Below, piece by piece: positions 19,620 through 29,898 of a DNA stretch of 64,000 nucleotides. Numbering within the stretch: the stretch's first letter is position 1; every line of letters starts with the position of its first letter. Under the pieces are notes generated by a model. It was not told the DNA's origin, made no database searches, and saw only the letters and a list, made by a program, of their open reading frames with translations. This stretch comes from Pseudomonadota bacterium (GTDB lineage Bacteria > Bdellovibrionota_B > Oligoflexia > Silvanigrellales > Silvanigrellaceae). The DNA lies in the NCBI GenBank assembly GCA_039799905.1, contig JBDLRP010000021.1:96001-160000 (forward strand), read 5' to 3'. The translations under genes and the position numbers were made by a program.

Positions 19620-22079
19620 ATGGTTCGCTCCAGCAGCTCAAAATCGACAAAAGAAAAACAAACTCCAGCAACAAAAGCGTCGACTGCCAAAGCCAAGGCG
19701 ACCACGGCCGGCAAAGCTGCCACTCCAGCCCGCACAAAAACGAGCAAATCAGCCAAGCCAGAAGAACCGGTTGCCAAGAAAAGCGCTGCTGCTGCAGAAA
19801 AGAAACCCACAACTACAAAATCAGCAGGCAGCAAATCAAGCAAACCAACCGCAGTTGGCAAAGCTGCAGACCAGGGCAAGAAAGCGGCAACCAAGAAAGC
19901 CGTGCAAGAACCTCGTACCCTTGAACTTTTTGAAGAAAACGGCACTGAACAGGACACCCCTTCGGTCAGCATTCTTCCTGATCAGGCTGAAGCTGCGACC
20001 GAGCGCGAATCCGAAAGCGATTCCGAGATCTCCACCTTGAACACTCCACCCGAATTTCAGGAATCACAGGTTCCTGCGTTCAGCGAAAGCGCGGGCGAAA
20101 CTGCCGTTCTGCCTGCGGTTGAGAAGGAAATCACTTTCAGCTTTCTTGGCTTCAACGACCAGATTCTCGAGGCCATCAGTACACAAAATTTCCAAAAGCC
20201 GACGCCTGTTCAGGCGCTCTGCCTGCCTCACACTCTCGACGGAAAAGATGTTGCGGGCTTCGCTCAAACTGGAACTGGCAAGACTGCAGTTTATCTACTG
20301 TCGGCCGCGCACAAGCTGCTCAATCAGGAGAACCGCTCTGTTCAGCCCCGTAAGCCGCATGTTCTAGTGGTCGTACCGACGCGTGAACTGGCTGACCAGG
20401 TCTCGCAGGATGCCAAAAAACTTTTAAGCCCTTTGAAACTAAAAAGCCTTGCTGTGTTTGGCGGCGTCGACGTCGATAAGCACGTCCATGAGCTCAACCA
20501 GACGGTAGACATCGTCGTAGCGACCCCAGGCCGACTGCTCGACCTCCACCGCAGTAAGCATCTTGAATTTGATGATCTGCAGATGCTTGTCATTGATGAA
20601 TGTGACCGCATGTTCGACATGGGTTTCATCGACGACGTTGAATACGTACTCCGCCACCTGCCGGCAGAGCGCGTGCAGAAATTGCTTTTCAGCGCCACCG
20701 GCAGCGAAAAAGTCAAAGAGCTTGCTTTCGAATACCTTGAGAATCCAGAATATATCGAGACAGATCCCGTGCGAATCACGCCGGAAAAGATCTCGCAAAT
20801 TGCCTTTGCAGTGTCGGCGGAACAAAAGTTTCTGACGCTGATGGGACACCTGCGCAGCAACAATCCCGAGTGTGCAATCATCTTTACGAACACCAAGGTG
20901 GTCGCCGAGTGGGTTGGCTACAAGCTTGCCTGCAACGGACTCAATGCCGAGGTCCTCACAGGTGACCTGGCACAACGTAAAAGAATGACGCTGATTAAAA
21001 AAATCAAAGAAGGGAAATGCAACCTTCTTGTTGCAACCGACGTGCTCTCGCGCGGATTACATGTTGCCAACCTGTCGCATGTCTACAACTTTGATATTCC
21101 CGATGATGAAGAAAGCTTCATCCACCGCATCGGCCGCACGGCGCGCGCAGGTGCCACAGGTCATGCGATTACGTTCATCTGTGACGACTACGGCTTCAAT
21201 ATGGGTGCCGTAGAAAAACTGCTTGGTTTCAAGATTCCGCTGGTGGAAGTGCCTGCAGAGTATTTGTCGGCTGAAGACGTCTCGGATTACCCGTTTGATG
21301 AAACTGGTCGCGTCAAGGTCTTCGGCCAAGCAGCGGCACCACGTGACGCTGAAGAAACTCGTGAACGTGAGCCCAGAAGAGAGCGTGAAGGTCGTCGTGA
21401 AAGACACGCCGATGAATCTCGTCCGGCAGCGGCGGCAGGACACTTGCCGCAAGAAAAATCAGGCCGGCCAGAGCCGACCATGCCATCTCATCGCCGCGAC
21501 TCCGCTCCCGCAGGTCGGACACATCCGACACCCGCCGGACAGCCGGAAATTTCAAAACCAACAGCAGCTGCTCAACCGATTGCAGCGAGCGTTCAAACCC
21601 CACAGTCACGGCCACAACAACCACAAGCACCTCGCCAGCACGGCCCACAGGCTGCTGCGGCGGGAAAACAGCATTCTGGACCCGTACCACATCATGGCGG
21701 CACGCAGGTTCACAAACCGACCGGCAGTTCGGCGCAGTCAGCACCACTGTCTGCTTCCGCAATGCCACGGCGTGATGACAAGGCACGTGAAACAATTGAA
21801 ATGGCCATTCAGGCAGCCAAAAAAGCAGCCGCGAAACGGCAAGGCTCGCCCGGATCTCCTGATACGCGCGCTGCAGGAAAAGCAAGCCGCGCTGGCATGA
21901 CATCACAAATTGATGAAATCGCGGCAGCGGTCATCAACACGGCGCAAGAACGCTGGGGCGGAACAATTGGCAATCTCCAAGATCGTTTTGTTTCGCGCTT
22001 GGAAGAAAACTTCCCGAGACTGTCGGAGACTCTCATCCGCTTGGGCTTCTTTTCCAAACGTTTTACCGACGACAGGTAA
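19620..22079 (+). CDS. DEAD-box RNA helicase (RhlB-like) with long disordered termini
   Basis: PTPVQ, AQTGTGKT, PTRELA, TPGR, DECD, SAT, HRIGRTARAG. Confidence 0.95.
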   Translation: MVRSSSSKSTKEKQTPATKASTAKAKATTAGKAATPARTKTSKSAKPEEPVAKKSAAAAEKKPTTTKSAGSKSSKPTAVGKAADQGKKAATKKAVQEPRTLELFEENGTEQDTPSVSILPDQAEAATERESESDSEISTLNTPPEFQESQVPAFSESAGETAVLPAVEKEITFSFLGFNDQILEAISTQNFQKPTPVQALCLPHTLDGKDVAGFAQTGTGKTAVYLLSAAHKLLNQENRSVQPRKPHVLVVVPTRELADQVSQDAKKLLSPLKLKSLAVFGGVDVDKHVHELNQTVDIVVATPGRLLDLHRSKHLEFDDLQMLVIDECDRMFDMGFIDDVEYVLRHLPAERVQKLLFSATGSEKVKELAFEYLENPEYIETDPVRITPEKISQIAFAVSAEQKFLTLMGHLRSNNPECAIIFTNTKVVAEWVGYKLACNGLNAEVLTGDLAQRKRMTLIKKIKEGKCNLLVATDVLSRGLHVANLSHVYNFDIPDDEESFIHRIGRTARAGATGHAITFICDDYGFNMGAVEKLLGFKIPLVEVPAEYLSAEDVSDYPFDETGRVKVFGQAAAPRDAEETREREPRREREGRRERHADESRPAAAAGHLPQEKSGRPEPTMPSHRRDSAPAGRTHPTPAGQPEISKPTAAAQPIAASVQTPQSRPQQPQAPRQHGPQAAAAGKQHSGPVPHHGGTQVHKPTGSSAQSAPLSASAMPRRDDKARETIEMAIQAAKKAAAKRQGSPGSPDTRAAGKASRAGMTSQIDEIAAAVINTAQERWGGTIGNLQDRFVSRLEENFPRLSETLIRLGFFSKRFTDDR

Positions 22080-22082
22080 TTC

Positions 22083-23330
22083 ATGCTCGCATCACAGGGG
22101 CAAACACTCCTGAAAGTCGCCACTCTGAACACGTGGCATGGCCTCGACGGTCATGGCACGTTCATGTTTGGTTCTCTAGAGTCGCGCGCTGAGAGAATTG
22201 CCAGACTCGAGCGGCAAGTCGCAGCACTCCGTCAATTGAATCCCGACATACTTCTGCTTCAGGAACTCAATCCACTTCCCTTCAGAGCACACTGGTACGC
22301 GCAAAAGCTGGCGATGCGCGCCGAATACACAACCTGCAATTCGGGAATTAAACTCGGCTGGGGTCCGCCGACAAATCTCAACGAAGGTCTGGCGATTCTC
22401 TTCCGCCCCGACTGGCAGTATCAGGTTCTTGGAAAAAAACGACTTTCTGGCTCATTTCGCCTGAATCCATTTCGTATCTCTGCCATCAATACACCATTTT
22501 TAAGCTTTCAATTGCACGAAACGAGGGTTGCTTTCGCAATTCGATTTTTTATTCCGCCGGAAAAGAGAATCGGCCAATACGAAGGTCGTAGCTCACTGAT
22601 TGCCGCTGTTGCACACCTGCATGTTTCGCCGGCACACACGCCGCGCAATGAACAGATAGTCAACACGGCACTCGAACAAGGGCAAATCAGCAAGGACGAT
22701 GCTGCGCAAATCACCCGCGCATTTCGCAGCGCAAATACGCGCAGACTGAACGAGATCGAACAGTTGACCTCGTGGCTGGAGTCACTCCGTCGTCCCGATG
22801 AACCCATCATTTTGGGCGGAGATTTCAACTGCGAACCGGACAGCCCACCATACAATGCCTTGCTGCGTCGCGGGTGGAAAGATCTTTGGATTGAAGCGGG
22901 AAATCCGACCGATTTGATTGAATCAGCCACCTGGGATGCACCACGAAACCCTCTGACTGCCCGCGTGCGCAACTTTCAGCACCCGATGTCACGAGTGAAT
23001 AGTGGAATTGCGAGCGTTTACCGACAAACCGACGAACTTCCGCGTAGGATCGATTTTTTATTCGGTGTGCCCGCCAAAAACGTACCTTCGCAAAAGGAAT
23101 TTCAACTGGGTTCAAGCGGCTGCCTGACAGGTCTTCGCAGATTTGGTTTTCTGACAGGCAACCCAATCCTGCCAGAGTCGATCGTCAGTGATGATTTTTC
23201 AGAGTACAAGGCGTTGAAAGAATTTTCGCCAGACAACAGAGGCGAAAGTAACTTTATCTCCGATCATCATGGGCTGTATGCAGAGTTTGCCTACAAAGGC
23301 TTTGACTCGACGCACGCCGAAAGCAAATAA
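22083..23330 (+). CDS. Endonuclease/exonuclease/phosphatase (EEP) family protein
   Basis: ATLN, LLQE, HL, GDFN, RIDF, SDH motifs. Confidence 0.92.
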   Translation: MLASQGQTLLKVATLNTWHGLDGHGTFMFGSLESRAERIARLERQVAALRQLNPDILLLQELNPLPFRAHWYAQKLAMRAEYTTCNSGIKLGWGPPTNLNEGLAILFRPDWQYQVLGKKRLSGSFRLNPFRISAINTPFLSFQLHETRVAFAIRFFIPPEKRIGQYEGRSSLIAAVAHLHVSPAHTPRNEQIVNTALEQGQISKDDAAQITRAFRSANTRRLNEIEQLTSWLESLRRPDEPIILGGDFNCEPDSPPYNALLRRGWKDLWIEAGNPTDLIESATWDAPRNPLTARVRNFQHPMSRVNSGIASVYRQTDELPRRIDFLFGVPAKNVPSQKEFQLGSSGCLTGLRRFGFLTGNPILPESIVSDDFSEYKALKEFSPDNRGESNFISDHHGLYAEFAYKGFDSTHAESK

Positions 23331-24085
23331 GCAGCCGCAGCAACCGCAGCCGGTGTGCGCAATATCCGCGGTCCCAGACTCACGAATTTTGCCCTGCCAG
23401 CTCTTTCCTCCTTGAGGAAGAATTCATACTCAACGCTTGAAAAACTGGCCTCCGGACCTACCGCAAAAAGCAAATCGCCGGCTGCGAACGCACGACTCTC
23501 CTCAAGCAGGTGCGTCGTGTTCTCAGACACCCGCTCAAGCGTATGAGCAGGACGCTCATCACAGATAAGTACCTTGTTGACATTGTATTGCCCATGAACC
23601 TTTTCGAATGCCGATAGAAATGATTCCGCACAAACGACCCGCATACTCCATGGCGACTTTGTGATTCGACATATCTCACCGACTTGCCGCATCACCTTCT
23701 CCAATTTGATTTCCTGACGTGAAGTCGTCTTGTCGGCCTTGCACAGAATCAACTCTGCTACGCCGGCCTCGACGCACACCTGAATTATCTCGTCCAAAGC
23801 ACCTGGCTTCGTGACACCCACGAGTGCCACAACGCGTCTTGCTGGCGTCGCATGTAAAGTGCATTCATGAATAACAGCACTGACAAATTTTTTCTCGACA
23901 CGCTCGAGAACAGCACTTGCCGTCCAACCCATCCCGTCGGCAAGCTCAACTTGCTCACCAGCAGCGAGACGCAAGACAGCAGCGGCATAGTGAGCTTCAT
24001 CAGGAGACAGCTGTACTGTTTGACCGGCAACAAACTCCCGTTGACCGCGATCAACGTAAAATCTCCAAACCTGCTTATATTCCAT
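23291..24085 (-). CDS. rsmE: RsmE-family 16S rRNA m3U1498 methyltransferase (divergent)
   Basis: EAHY..VLRL..GE.V...DG, VEAGV, VGPE, SLGPRILRT. Confidence 0.85.
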   Translation of the reverse strand: MEYKQVWRFYVDRGQREFVAGQTVQLSPDEAHYAAAVLRLAAGEQVELADGMGWTASAVLERVEKKFVSAVIHECTLHATPARRVVALVGVTKPGALDEIIQVCVEAGVAELILCKADKTTSRQEIKLEKVMRQVGEICRITKSPWSMRVVCAESFLSAFEKVHGQYNVNKVLICDERPAHTLERVSENTTHLLEESRAFAAGDLLFAVGPEASFSSVEYEFFLKEERAGRAKFVSLGPRILRTPAAVAAAAYLLSACVESKPL

Positions 24086-24090
24086 AAGAC

Positions 24091-24657
24091 TTAAATCCTA
24101 GATAATTCATATGCGATTGGCGACTCGGAAAAAATCCGCAGGCGTTCACCGCGCGAACAAGACTCAAAGCCAGCGTCCCGCATCCACTCCATCTGAGTGA
24201 GGAAAAGAGCGTCGGCTCTGCGAACAGTAATTTCATCCGCCGAAATTTTCATAGTTTCGGCAAAACAAACATCTAGTATCTTTCTCCAGCTTTGAAGGCG
24301 TTTAGAATTGGCTTCGCGCAACTCGAACTGTTGTTCGTCGGTCAAGAATGCAAGTGACTCGAGAGTCAGGCATATGAAGGAAATTTCCGCATGTTGAAGG
24401 GAAATCAGATCAGTAAGTTTGGAATCCCATCGGTCACGTTCATCCGTTGCCACGGACGCGGCTTCAGATATTCCATCGAACAATTCGACAACGTCTTCAT
24501 TTGTGCGGGTCTTTTCCGCAAGAACAAACATTCGCACTACGACCGACAGCGTGCGGCGCACACTTGCCGGCTTCAGTCCAAATTGAAAATCATTGTGAGT
24601 CACAAATTGCCCCTCAGTTAGGGGACGACAGCATAATACTGATATCAGCAGGACCAT
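24091..24657 (-). CDS. Hypothetical protein
   Basis: ORF filling the gap to rsmE (5-nt gap); start uncertain (24657 or further in). Confidence 0.5.
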   Translation of the reverse strand: MVLLISVLCCRPLTEGQFVTHNDFQFGLKPASVRRTLSVVVRMFVLAEKTRTNEDVVELFDGISEAASVATDERDRWDSKLTDLISLQHAEISFICLTLESLAFLTDEQQFELREANSKRLQSWRKILDVCFAETMKISADEITVRRADALFLTQMEWMRDAGFESCSRGERLRIFSESPIAYELSRI

Positions 24658-25468
24658 CTGCAAGTGCCTGCGACTTAAACGCAGGCAAATCGCGCTGAAG
24701 TCGCGCAACAATATCGTTCAGTCTGACCCGTCCGGCAGCAGTCTGGTAGACGATTCCGTCTTTGCGGACTTCCACCGGGGCGATCGGATTGTCACCTGCC
24801 CCCTTCGCGTACGCCTTTACCACACTTTCGATGAGCGCAATCTCGCGTTCCGAAATTTTCTTGTCGACGAGCACCTTCAAGGTCTCAATCCGTTGGTTAC
24901 TTTTGGACTGTCCCTTCCATGCTCTTTGAATGAAAAGACCCATGCGTCCGATGATTCGCGGCTGGGAGAACGCATACGTCGGGTCGTTCATCGAACGACT
25001 CCAATACGCCCGCGTCAAACGGTCATCAACATTCGACCACGCATCTATTCTTTCGATAATTGCCGGCTGCTTGTCTGGTGTTTTAACACCAATAACAACA
25101 CTCATTCCAGATGAAGAGGTCAGACCGCTCAAACTGAAAGGAATTTCGGGTGGCCAAGCGGGCGCATCCGAGCGCAGATTAGGAAGTGATTGCAGGGAAC
25201 GAATCGCCTGACCGACAGTCTGTGCATGCTCAACAGACCACGACGTCTTGGTCTGGGAGCTAATCTTAGGCAACAGTCCCTGCGCAGTGACCGTGCACAG
25301 CTGGTCGAGCATCGCTGCCGTAAAAGTTGTTGCAGCGATGGTGGCTTTGAGCGGAGCGCATGGTTTTGCACCCTCGATGTTTGCGGCTGCTTCTGGAGGC
25401 AAGACATAAACATCCTTGGTCGTTTCATTGATGAGAAACATCGCCAAAGGAACAAGGAATGCGCTCAT
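24614..25468 (-). CDS. Hypothetical protein
   Basis: 284-aa ORF with AAGGTG RBS in a tightly packed operon; short hydrophobic N-terminus. Confidence 0.7.
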   Translation of the reverse strand: MSAFLVPLAMFLINETTKDVYVLPPEAAANIEGAKPCAPLKATIAATTFTAAMLDQLCTVTAQGLLPKISSQTKTSWSVEHAQTVGQAIRSLQSLPNLRSDAPAWPPEIPFSLSGLTSSSGMSVVIGVKTPDKQPAIIERIDAWSNVDDRLTRAYWSRSMNDPTYAFSQPRIIGRMGLFIQRAWKGQSKSNQRIETLKVLVDKKISEREIALIESVVKAYAKGAGDNPIAPVEVRKDGIVYQTAAGRVRLNDIVARLQRDLPAFKSQALADGPADISIMLSSPN

Positions 25469-25487
25469 GAGCCGACACCTTTATTTT

Positions 25488-26258
25488 TCAATTGGCTGGT
25501 GGATTCTGCTGCGTCGCACCGGCTGGGGGTTGGCTGGGATTGGCAGCCGAACCCGTGGCATCGGTGGCAGGCGAATCACTGCCCGCTGCTGATGCCGTTG
25601 ATTCGCCTCCCCCAAGCAAGTTTGAGTTTTCAAGCAGGGCGAGGTCGGCGGAGCTGGCTGGACGCAGTCCCGATGCTCCATCCAGTGAGAGATTGACAAC
25701 CTTGGCTCCGGATTCAGTCGATCCGGAGAGTGGATTCAAATTTACCGATTTACCACCGAGAGAAACATTCAAGACGCCGCACTTGAGTGCCGTGACAGGA
25801 AGTCGGGGCAACTTGAGCGCCAGTGGCGATCCGTCTTTGGACTTTAATGCATTCGATTTTTTTCCAGATGACTTCAGCACGTCGCGCAAGGGTGCAACAA
25901 GAGAAATTTTCAGCACGCCATTGGCGTAAATCTCGCTTCCCTGCGACTTCACCGCACCCTGCCAGCTTGGTACGGCGGTGTCATTTGGCTTGCTGTTCTG
26001 AGTACCTTCGCAGCCGCGCGTGAGTTGGGAATTTAAATGCGCGATACCGTTGCGGCGGGCAACAATCTCAGCTTCCAGACCCTGTGCCCTTGCCGAAGAT
26101 TTTGCAGGCGAGTAAATTCCAAAAAATTGAATTTGTCTGTTCTGAAAATCCAGCGTGATGGCTGTCTCGTTTTTGATCTCGGCAGCAGAAGCCGAAACCG
26201 GCAGCAACGTTATCGATGTCAGCGCAAGCGCGGCAGCGCAAATCTTTCTCATGTTCAT
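25488..26258 (-). CDS. Exported hypothetical protein, possibly LPP20-like
   Basis: Clear signal peptide (ASA-AE); ATGA overlap with upstream gene; low-complexity tail. Confidence 0.75.
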   Translation of the reverse strand: MNMRKICAAALALTSITLLPVSASAAEIKNETAITLDFQNRQIQFFGIYSPAKSSARAQGLEAEIVARRNGIAHLNSQLTRGCEGTQNSKPNDTAVPSWQGAVKSQGSEIYANGVLKISLVAPLRDVLKSSGKKSNALKSKDGSPLALKLPRLPVTALKCGVLNVSLGGKSVNLNPLSGSTESGAKVVNLSLDGASGLRPASSADLALLENSNLLGGGESTASAAGSDSPATDATGSAANPSQPPAGATQQNPPAN

Positions 26259-27649
26259 GCGAGCTCCAAATCAAGTTTTTGTGTTTCTTCCGAATGAACA
26301 GACCCTTCGCTCAGTTGCAGCTCAAGAGCCATGGCCTGAAAATTTGACTCAAGCAGCAACATCCAGCGGTACAAATCTTGCCAGACCGAATGATCTATAA
26401 TCTGTCCGTGGCTCACCTGGCTGAGCATCAGCCTTGCAGTCTGCAGCAAGGCGGGCAGCCGGCTCATTTGACGTGCAAGTTCAACCTTGTAAAACTCATC
26501 CAGTTCAAAACTAAAATTTAACTCAAATATCCCTTTCACACGAACAAAACTGTCGCGTAATATCGGCTCCGCGTGTCCTTTGAGAAGCTTAGAAACTTCA
26601 GAGTTCATTTCAGCCACACCGGCCATCAGGCGAGAACGTTCAGCTTCAACGTTCAAAACCCTGTCAACTTCATCCTTGAACCACCGGAATGCTCCGGCCA
26701 TATCTTCGGGAACCTCGCCGAACAGCTCACGGAGTCTGGGCTTGTAGAGGTCAATAAATGCAACCAATGCTGCTGTCGTCGAAGGATTCTTGTCCACTCG
26801 CTGGAACTCTGACCGCAGCTCGCGCAATTCCTCGAGAGTGCGGCGGATCGTTTCCAGAGGCACTTCGCCAAGAATTTCCTTGATCTCCTCGGAGGCAATC
26901 ACGCCCTCGTCGGCAATTTGCAGGCGGCGTTCCTCCCTTTTTTGCGACTCGAGCATGTTGGCGAGCTGATGCTCGATTTCGCGCTTGCGATTCCACAGAC
27001 TGAACGCAACTGGAACACAAAGAGGGAGACTGACAATCAGCACACACATGAACAGAGCGAGGTTGAATCCACGCCTCACCGATGCCAGACGCTCGGTAGC
27101 GTTCTCGCGCCGCTGTTCAATTTTTTGAATATTTTCTTCGTATCGGACACGATTTTGGTAGTGAAAAATAGCATCGCAAAGATGCTCGGCGTTGTCGGCG
27201 TAGGGAAGAAGCTTGTTGAGCGCCTTGTAGCGTGAGTACTTGTGGAGAATATGCGACTCCGCAACCTGCAGCTTCTGATCGCAGAATTGCTGCGCACGGT
27301 TGTGGTTCTGGATGAACTTTTGCCGCTCTGCCTCAGGCAGCGAATTCCAGAGGCTGAGAGTCTTCGTTAGGTCGGCGATTTCGCTCTGGCGCGCATCGAT
27401 TCCGGCCTTCAATTTTTCAAACGTCTCAAGGCGCTTCTGAAGGACTTTGTACGCATCCTTTGCGTTCAGCCACTGTCTGGCCTCCTCGGGAAGCGGCCCG
27501 CGGGAAAATTCCTCCAGCGCGACAAGGGCACGCTCCGCGCGGCGGATGTGCACGGCACGAATCGCGGAAGGCGATTGCGCGAACGCAGCTGCCAAAACTC
27601 CGAATTGGAGACCGAGCCGTGACAATTCTTCAGATCTGACAAGCGACAT
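26255..27649 (-). CDS. Coiled-coil membrane protein
   Basis: Helical charged heptads flanking a central hydrophobic segment FNLALFMCVLIVSLPLCVPVAFSLW; start uncertain (27649 or 27703). Confidence 0.8.
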   Translation of the reverse strand: MSLVRSEELSRLGLQFGVLAAAFAQSPSAIRAVHIRRAERALVALEEFSRGPLPEEARQWLNAKDAYKVLQKRLETFEKLKAGIDARQSEIADLTKTLSLWNSLPEAERQKFIQNHNRAQQFCDQKLQVAESHILHKYSRYKALNKLLPYADNAEHLCDAIFHYQNRVRYEENIQKIEQRRENATERLASVRRGFNLALFMCVLIVSLPLCVPVAFSLWNRKREIEHQLANMLESQKREERRLQIADEGVIASEEIKEILGEVPLETIRRTLEELRELRSEFQRVDKNPSTTAALVAFIDLYKPRLRELFGEVPEDMAGAFRWFKDEVDRVLNVEAERSRLMAGVAEMNSEVSKLLKGHAEPILRDSFVRVKGIFELNFSFELDEFYKVELARQMSRLPALLQTARLMLSQVSHGQIIDHSVWQDLYRWMLLLESNFQAMALELQLSEGSVHSEETQKLDLELA

Positions 27650-27880
27650 ATTGAGTCCGATACAAATTGAGCCCGGCAGGGGCCAGACCGTTGATGTCGT
27701 CAAAGAAAACTCACACCAGTATGACCCGAATCAGGAGCTTGGGGAACTCACAGGGGCGTCAAAACACTGGTCAGCGGATCGGCCGACAAAACCATCAAAC
27801 TAATCAATTTTTCTGAATATTTTTACCTTGCAGCAACACACGGCTCTGTGCTAGGCACGCGGTGCAGAACGGAGGGCTCC

Positions 27881-29524
27881 ATGCCTGCGAATAAACAAGA
27901 ACTACAAGAACAAACCCAACGCCGGCGCACTTTTGCAATCATTTCGCATCCCGACGCGGGTAAAACCACGCTGACTGAAAAGCTGCTCCTGTTGGGCGGG
28001 GCAATTCGTCTTGCCGGTTCTGTCAAGGCAAAAAAATCGAAGAAATTTGCCACTTCAGACTGGATGGAACTTGAAAAGCAACGCGGTATTTCGGTTTCCA
28101 CAAGTGTGATGAACTTCGAATACCGTAACTTCGCCTGTAACCTGCTCGACACCCCGGGGCACCAAGACTTCTCGGAAGACACCTATCGCACTCTGGCCGC
28201 TGCCGATGCAGCCATCATGCTCATTGACGGTGCCAAAGGCGTTGAGCCGCAAACGATCAAATTGTTTGAAGTGTGCAAAATCCGGCAAATCCCGATCTTC
28301 ACATTTGTCAACAAAATGGACCGTGACGCGCGCGACCCATTCGACCTCATGGACGAAATCGAGCGCGTTCTGGGAATCCAAACCTATCCGATGACCTGGC
28401 CTATCAGCAGCGGTGAGCGCTTCAAGGGAGTCATCGAACGCAAAACCCGTACGGTTCATTATTTTCAGGGACGCAACACGACTCTGGAGACACCGGCACA
28501 ACTCATTCCGTTGAGCGATACCACCCAACTTTCGCAACTGATTCCCGCCTCCGACCTCGAGTCGACTCTCGAAGGGCTCGACATGGTCGATACGGCAGGA
28601 AACGATTTTGTCGAAGAGAGTTTCTTGCGCGGGGAAATATCGCCCGTGTTTTTCGGTAGTGCCATGACAAATTTCGGGGTCCGCGCGTTTTTGGAAGCAT
28701 TCTTGCAAATGTGCCCCGGACCCAGCCCCAAGGGAAGCAGCAATGGCCCCATCGATCCGCTGTCTGAAAACTTCAGCGGATTCATCTTCAAGATTCAGGC
28801 AAATATGGACCCAAAACACCGCGACAGAATCGCCTTTCTGCGAGTCGTAAGCGGTGTGTATGAAGCAGGTCTGATGGTCAACCACTCGCGTCTGGGACGT
28901 GAAATCAAACTTACCCAACCACAACAATTTTTCGCGCAGGAACGCACTGCGAGCGACCGCGCTTACGCCGGAGACATTGTTGGTATTTATGATCCGGGAT
29001 TGTTTGCCATCGGAGATTCACTGACCGAGCAGGAAAAATTCGAATTCGAGGGGATTCCCCAATTCGCGCCCGAACACTTCGGCGCCGTACGCACGTCGAG
29101 CGCGCTCAAGCGCAAGCAATTACTCAAAGGCTTGGTGCAGCTCTGCCAAGAAGGCACCGTGCAGATGTTTGTTGATGAGTCACGTGCTGCAAGCGATCCA
29201 ATTCTGGCAGCAGTCGGCGTTCTCCAGTTTGACGTTGTTCTTTTCCGCCTGCGCAACGAATACAATGTCGACTGCTCGCTCGACCTGCTGCCCTACAGGC
29301 ACGCGCGCTGGACCAACTGCACGGACACTGACATTGCAGACGCAAAAGCCAAAACGGACGCAACCGTCGTGCGCGACATGTCAGGCAACGCTCTATTCTT
29401 GTTCCGTAATGACTTCAACATCAGTTACTTTCAAGAAACCTGTCCAAAAATCCCCTTGTTTAGAAGCAACGCGAAACTCAAGGGCAACATGATGCGCTCG
29501 GCGTCGTCTTTTTTCGACGAGTGA
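27881..29524 (+). CDS. prfC: Peptide chain release factor 3
   Basis: RRRTFAIISHPDAGKTTLTEK, SDWMELEKQRGISV, DTPGHQDFSEDTYR. Confidence 0.98.
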   Translation: MPANKQELQEQTQRRRTFAIISHPDAGKTTLTEKLLLLGGAIRLAGSVKAKKSKKFATSDWMELEKQRGISVSTSVMNFEYRNFACNLLDTPGHQDFSEDTYRTLAAADAAIMLIDGAKGVEPQTIKLFEVCKIRQIPIFTFVNKMDRDARDPFDLMDEIERVLGIQTYPMTWPISSGERFKGVIERKTRTVHYFQGRNTTLETPAQLIPLSDTTQLSQLIPASDLESTLEGLDMVDTAGNDFVEESFLRGEISPVFFGSAMTNFGVRAFLEAFLQMCPGPSPKGSSNGPIDPLSENFSGFIFKIQANMDPKHRDRIAFLRVVSGVYEAGLMVNHSRLGREIKLTQPQQFFAQERTASDRAYAGDIVGIYDPGLFAIGDSLTEQEKFEFEGIPQFAPEHFGAVRTSSALKRKQLLKGLVQLCQEGTVQMFVDESRAASDPILAAVGVLQFDVVLFRLRNEYNVDCSLDLLPYRHARWTNCTDTDIADAKAKTDATVVRDMSGNALFLFRNDFNISYFQETCPKIPLFRSNAKLKGNMMRSASSFFDE

Positions 29525-29558
29525 TCCGCGTCCCCGACTTGGAAAAAAGTTTGAAGAC

Positions 29559-29822
29559 ATGAACGAAAACAATAACCAAAATGCCTCCTCAGGTGATAGC
29601 GGCGAGCCCGCGGGAAAGGTTTTGCCGTTCCGCAAGCCCACAGCCATCCAACCAACCTTAAGAAGGCGTGCAGGCGGGACACATATCCAACACAAGACGC
29701 CCATGTCGTCCCGCAAAGAAAAAGCTGCGCCCGCATGGAAGACTCAAGTGGCGCGCGGACTGCAGGTAGCTCTCTTGCTGACAGCGCTTTTACTTGCCCT
29801 AAAAAACTGCGGAAAGATTTAA
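29559..29822 (+). CDS. Small protein with C-terminal transmembrane helix
   Basis: 87-aa ORF filling the prfC-tRNA gap; basic N-terminal part, LQVALLLTALLLAL near the C-terminus. Confidence 0.65.
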   Translation: MNENNNQNASSGDSGEPAGKVLPFRKPTAIQPTLRRRAGGTHIQHKTPMSSRKEKAAPAWKTQVARGLQVALLLTALLLALKNCGKI

Positions 29823-29898
29823 CTTTTCGTTATTGATTTTTTTTCGCTTCCTGGACTTGCGCGACATGAACTGCTCTGCTAGACACCTGTTCTGCCGC

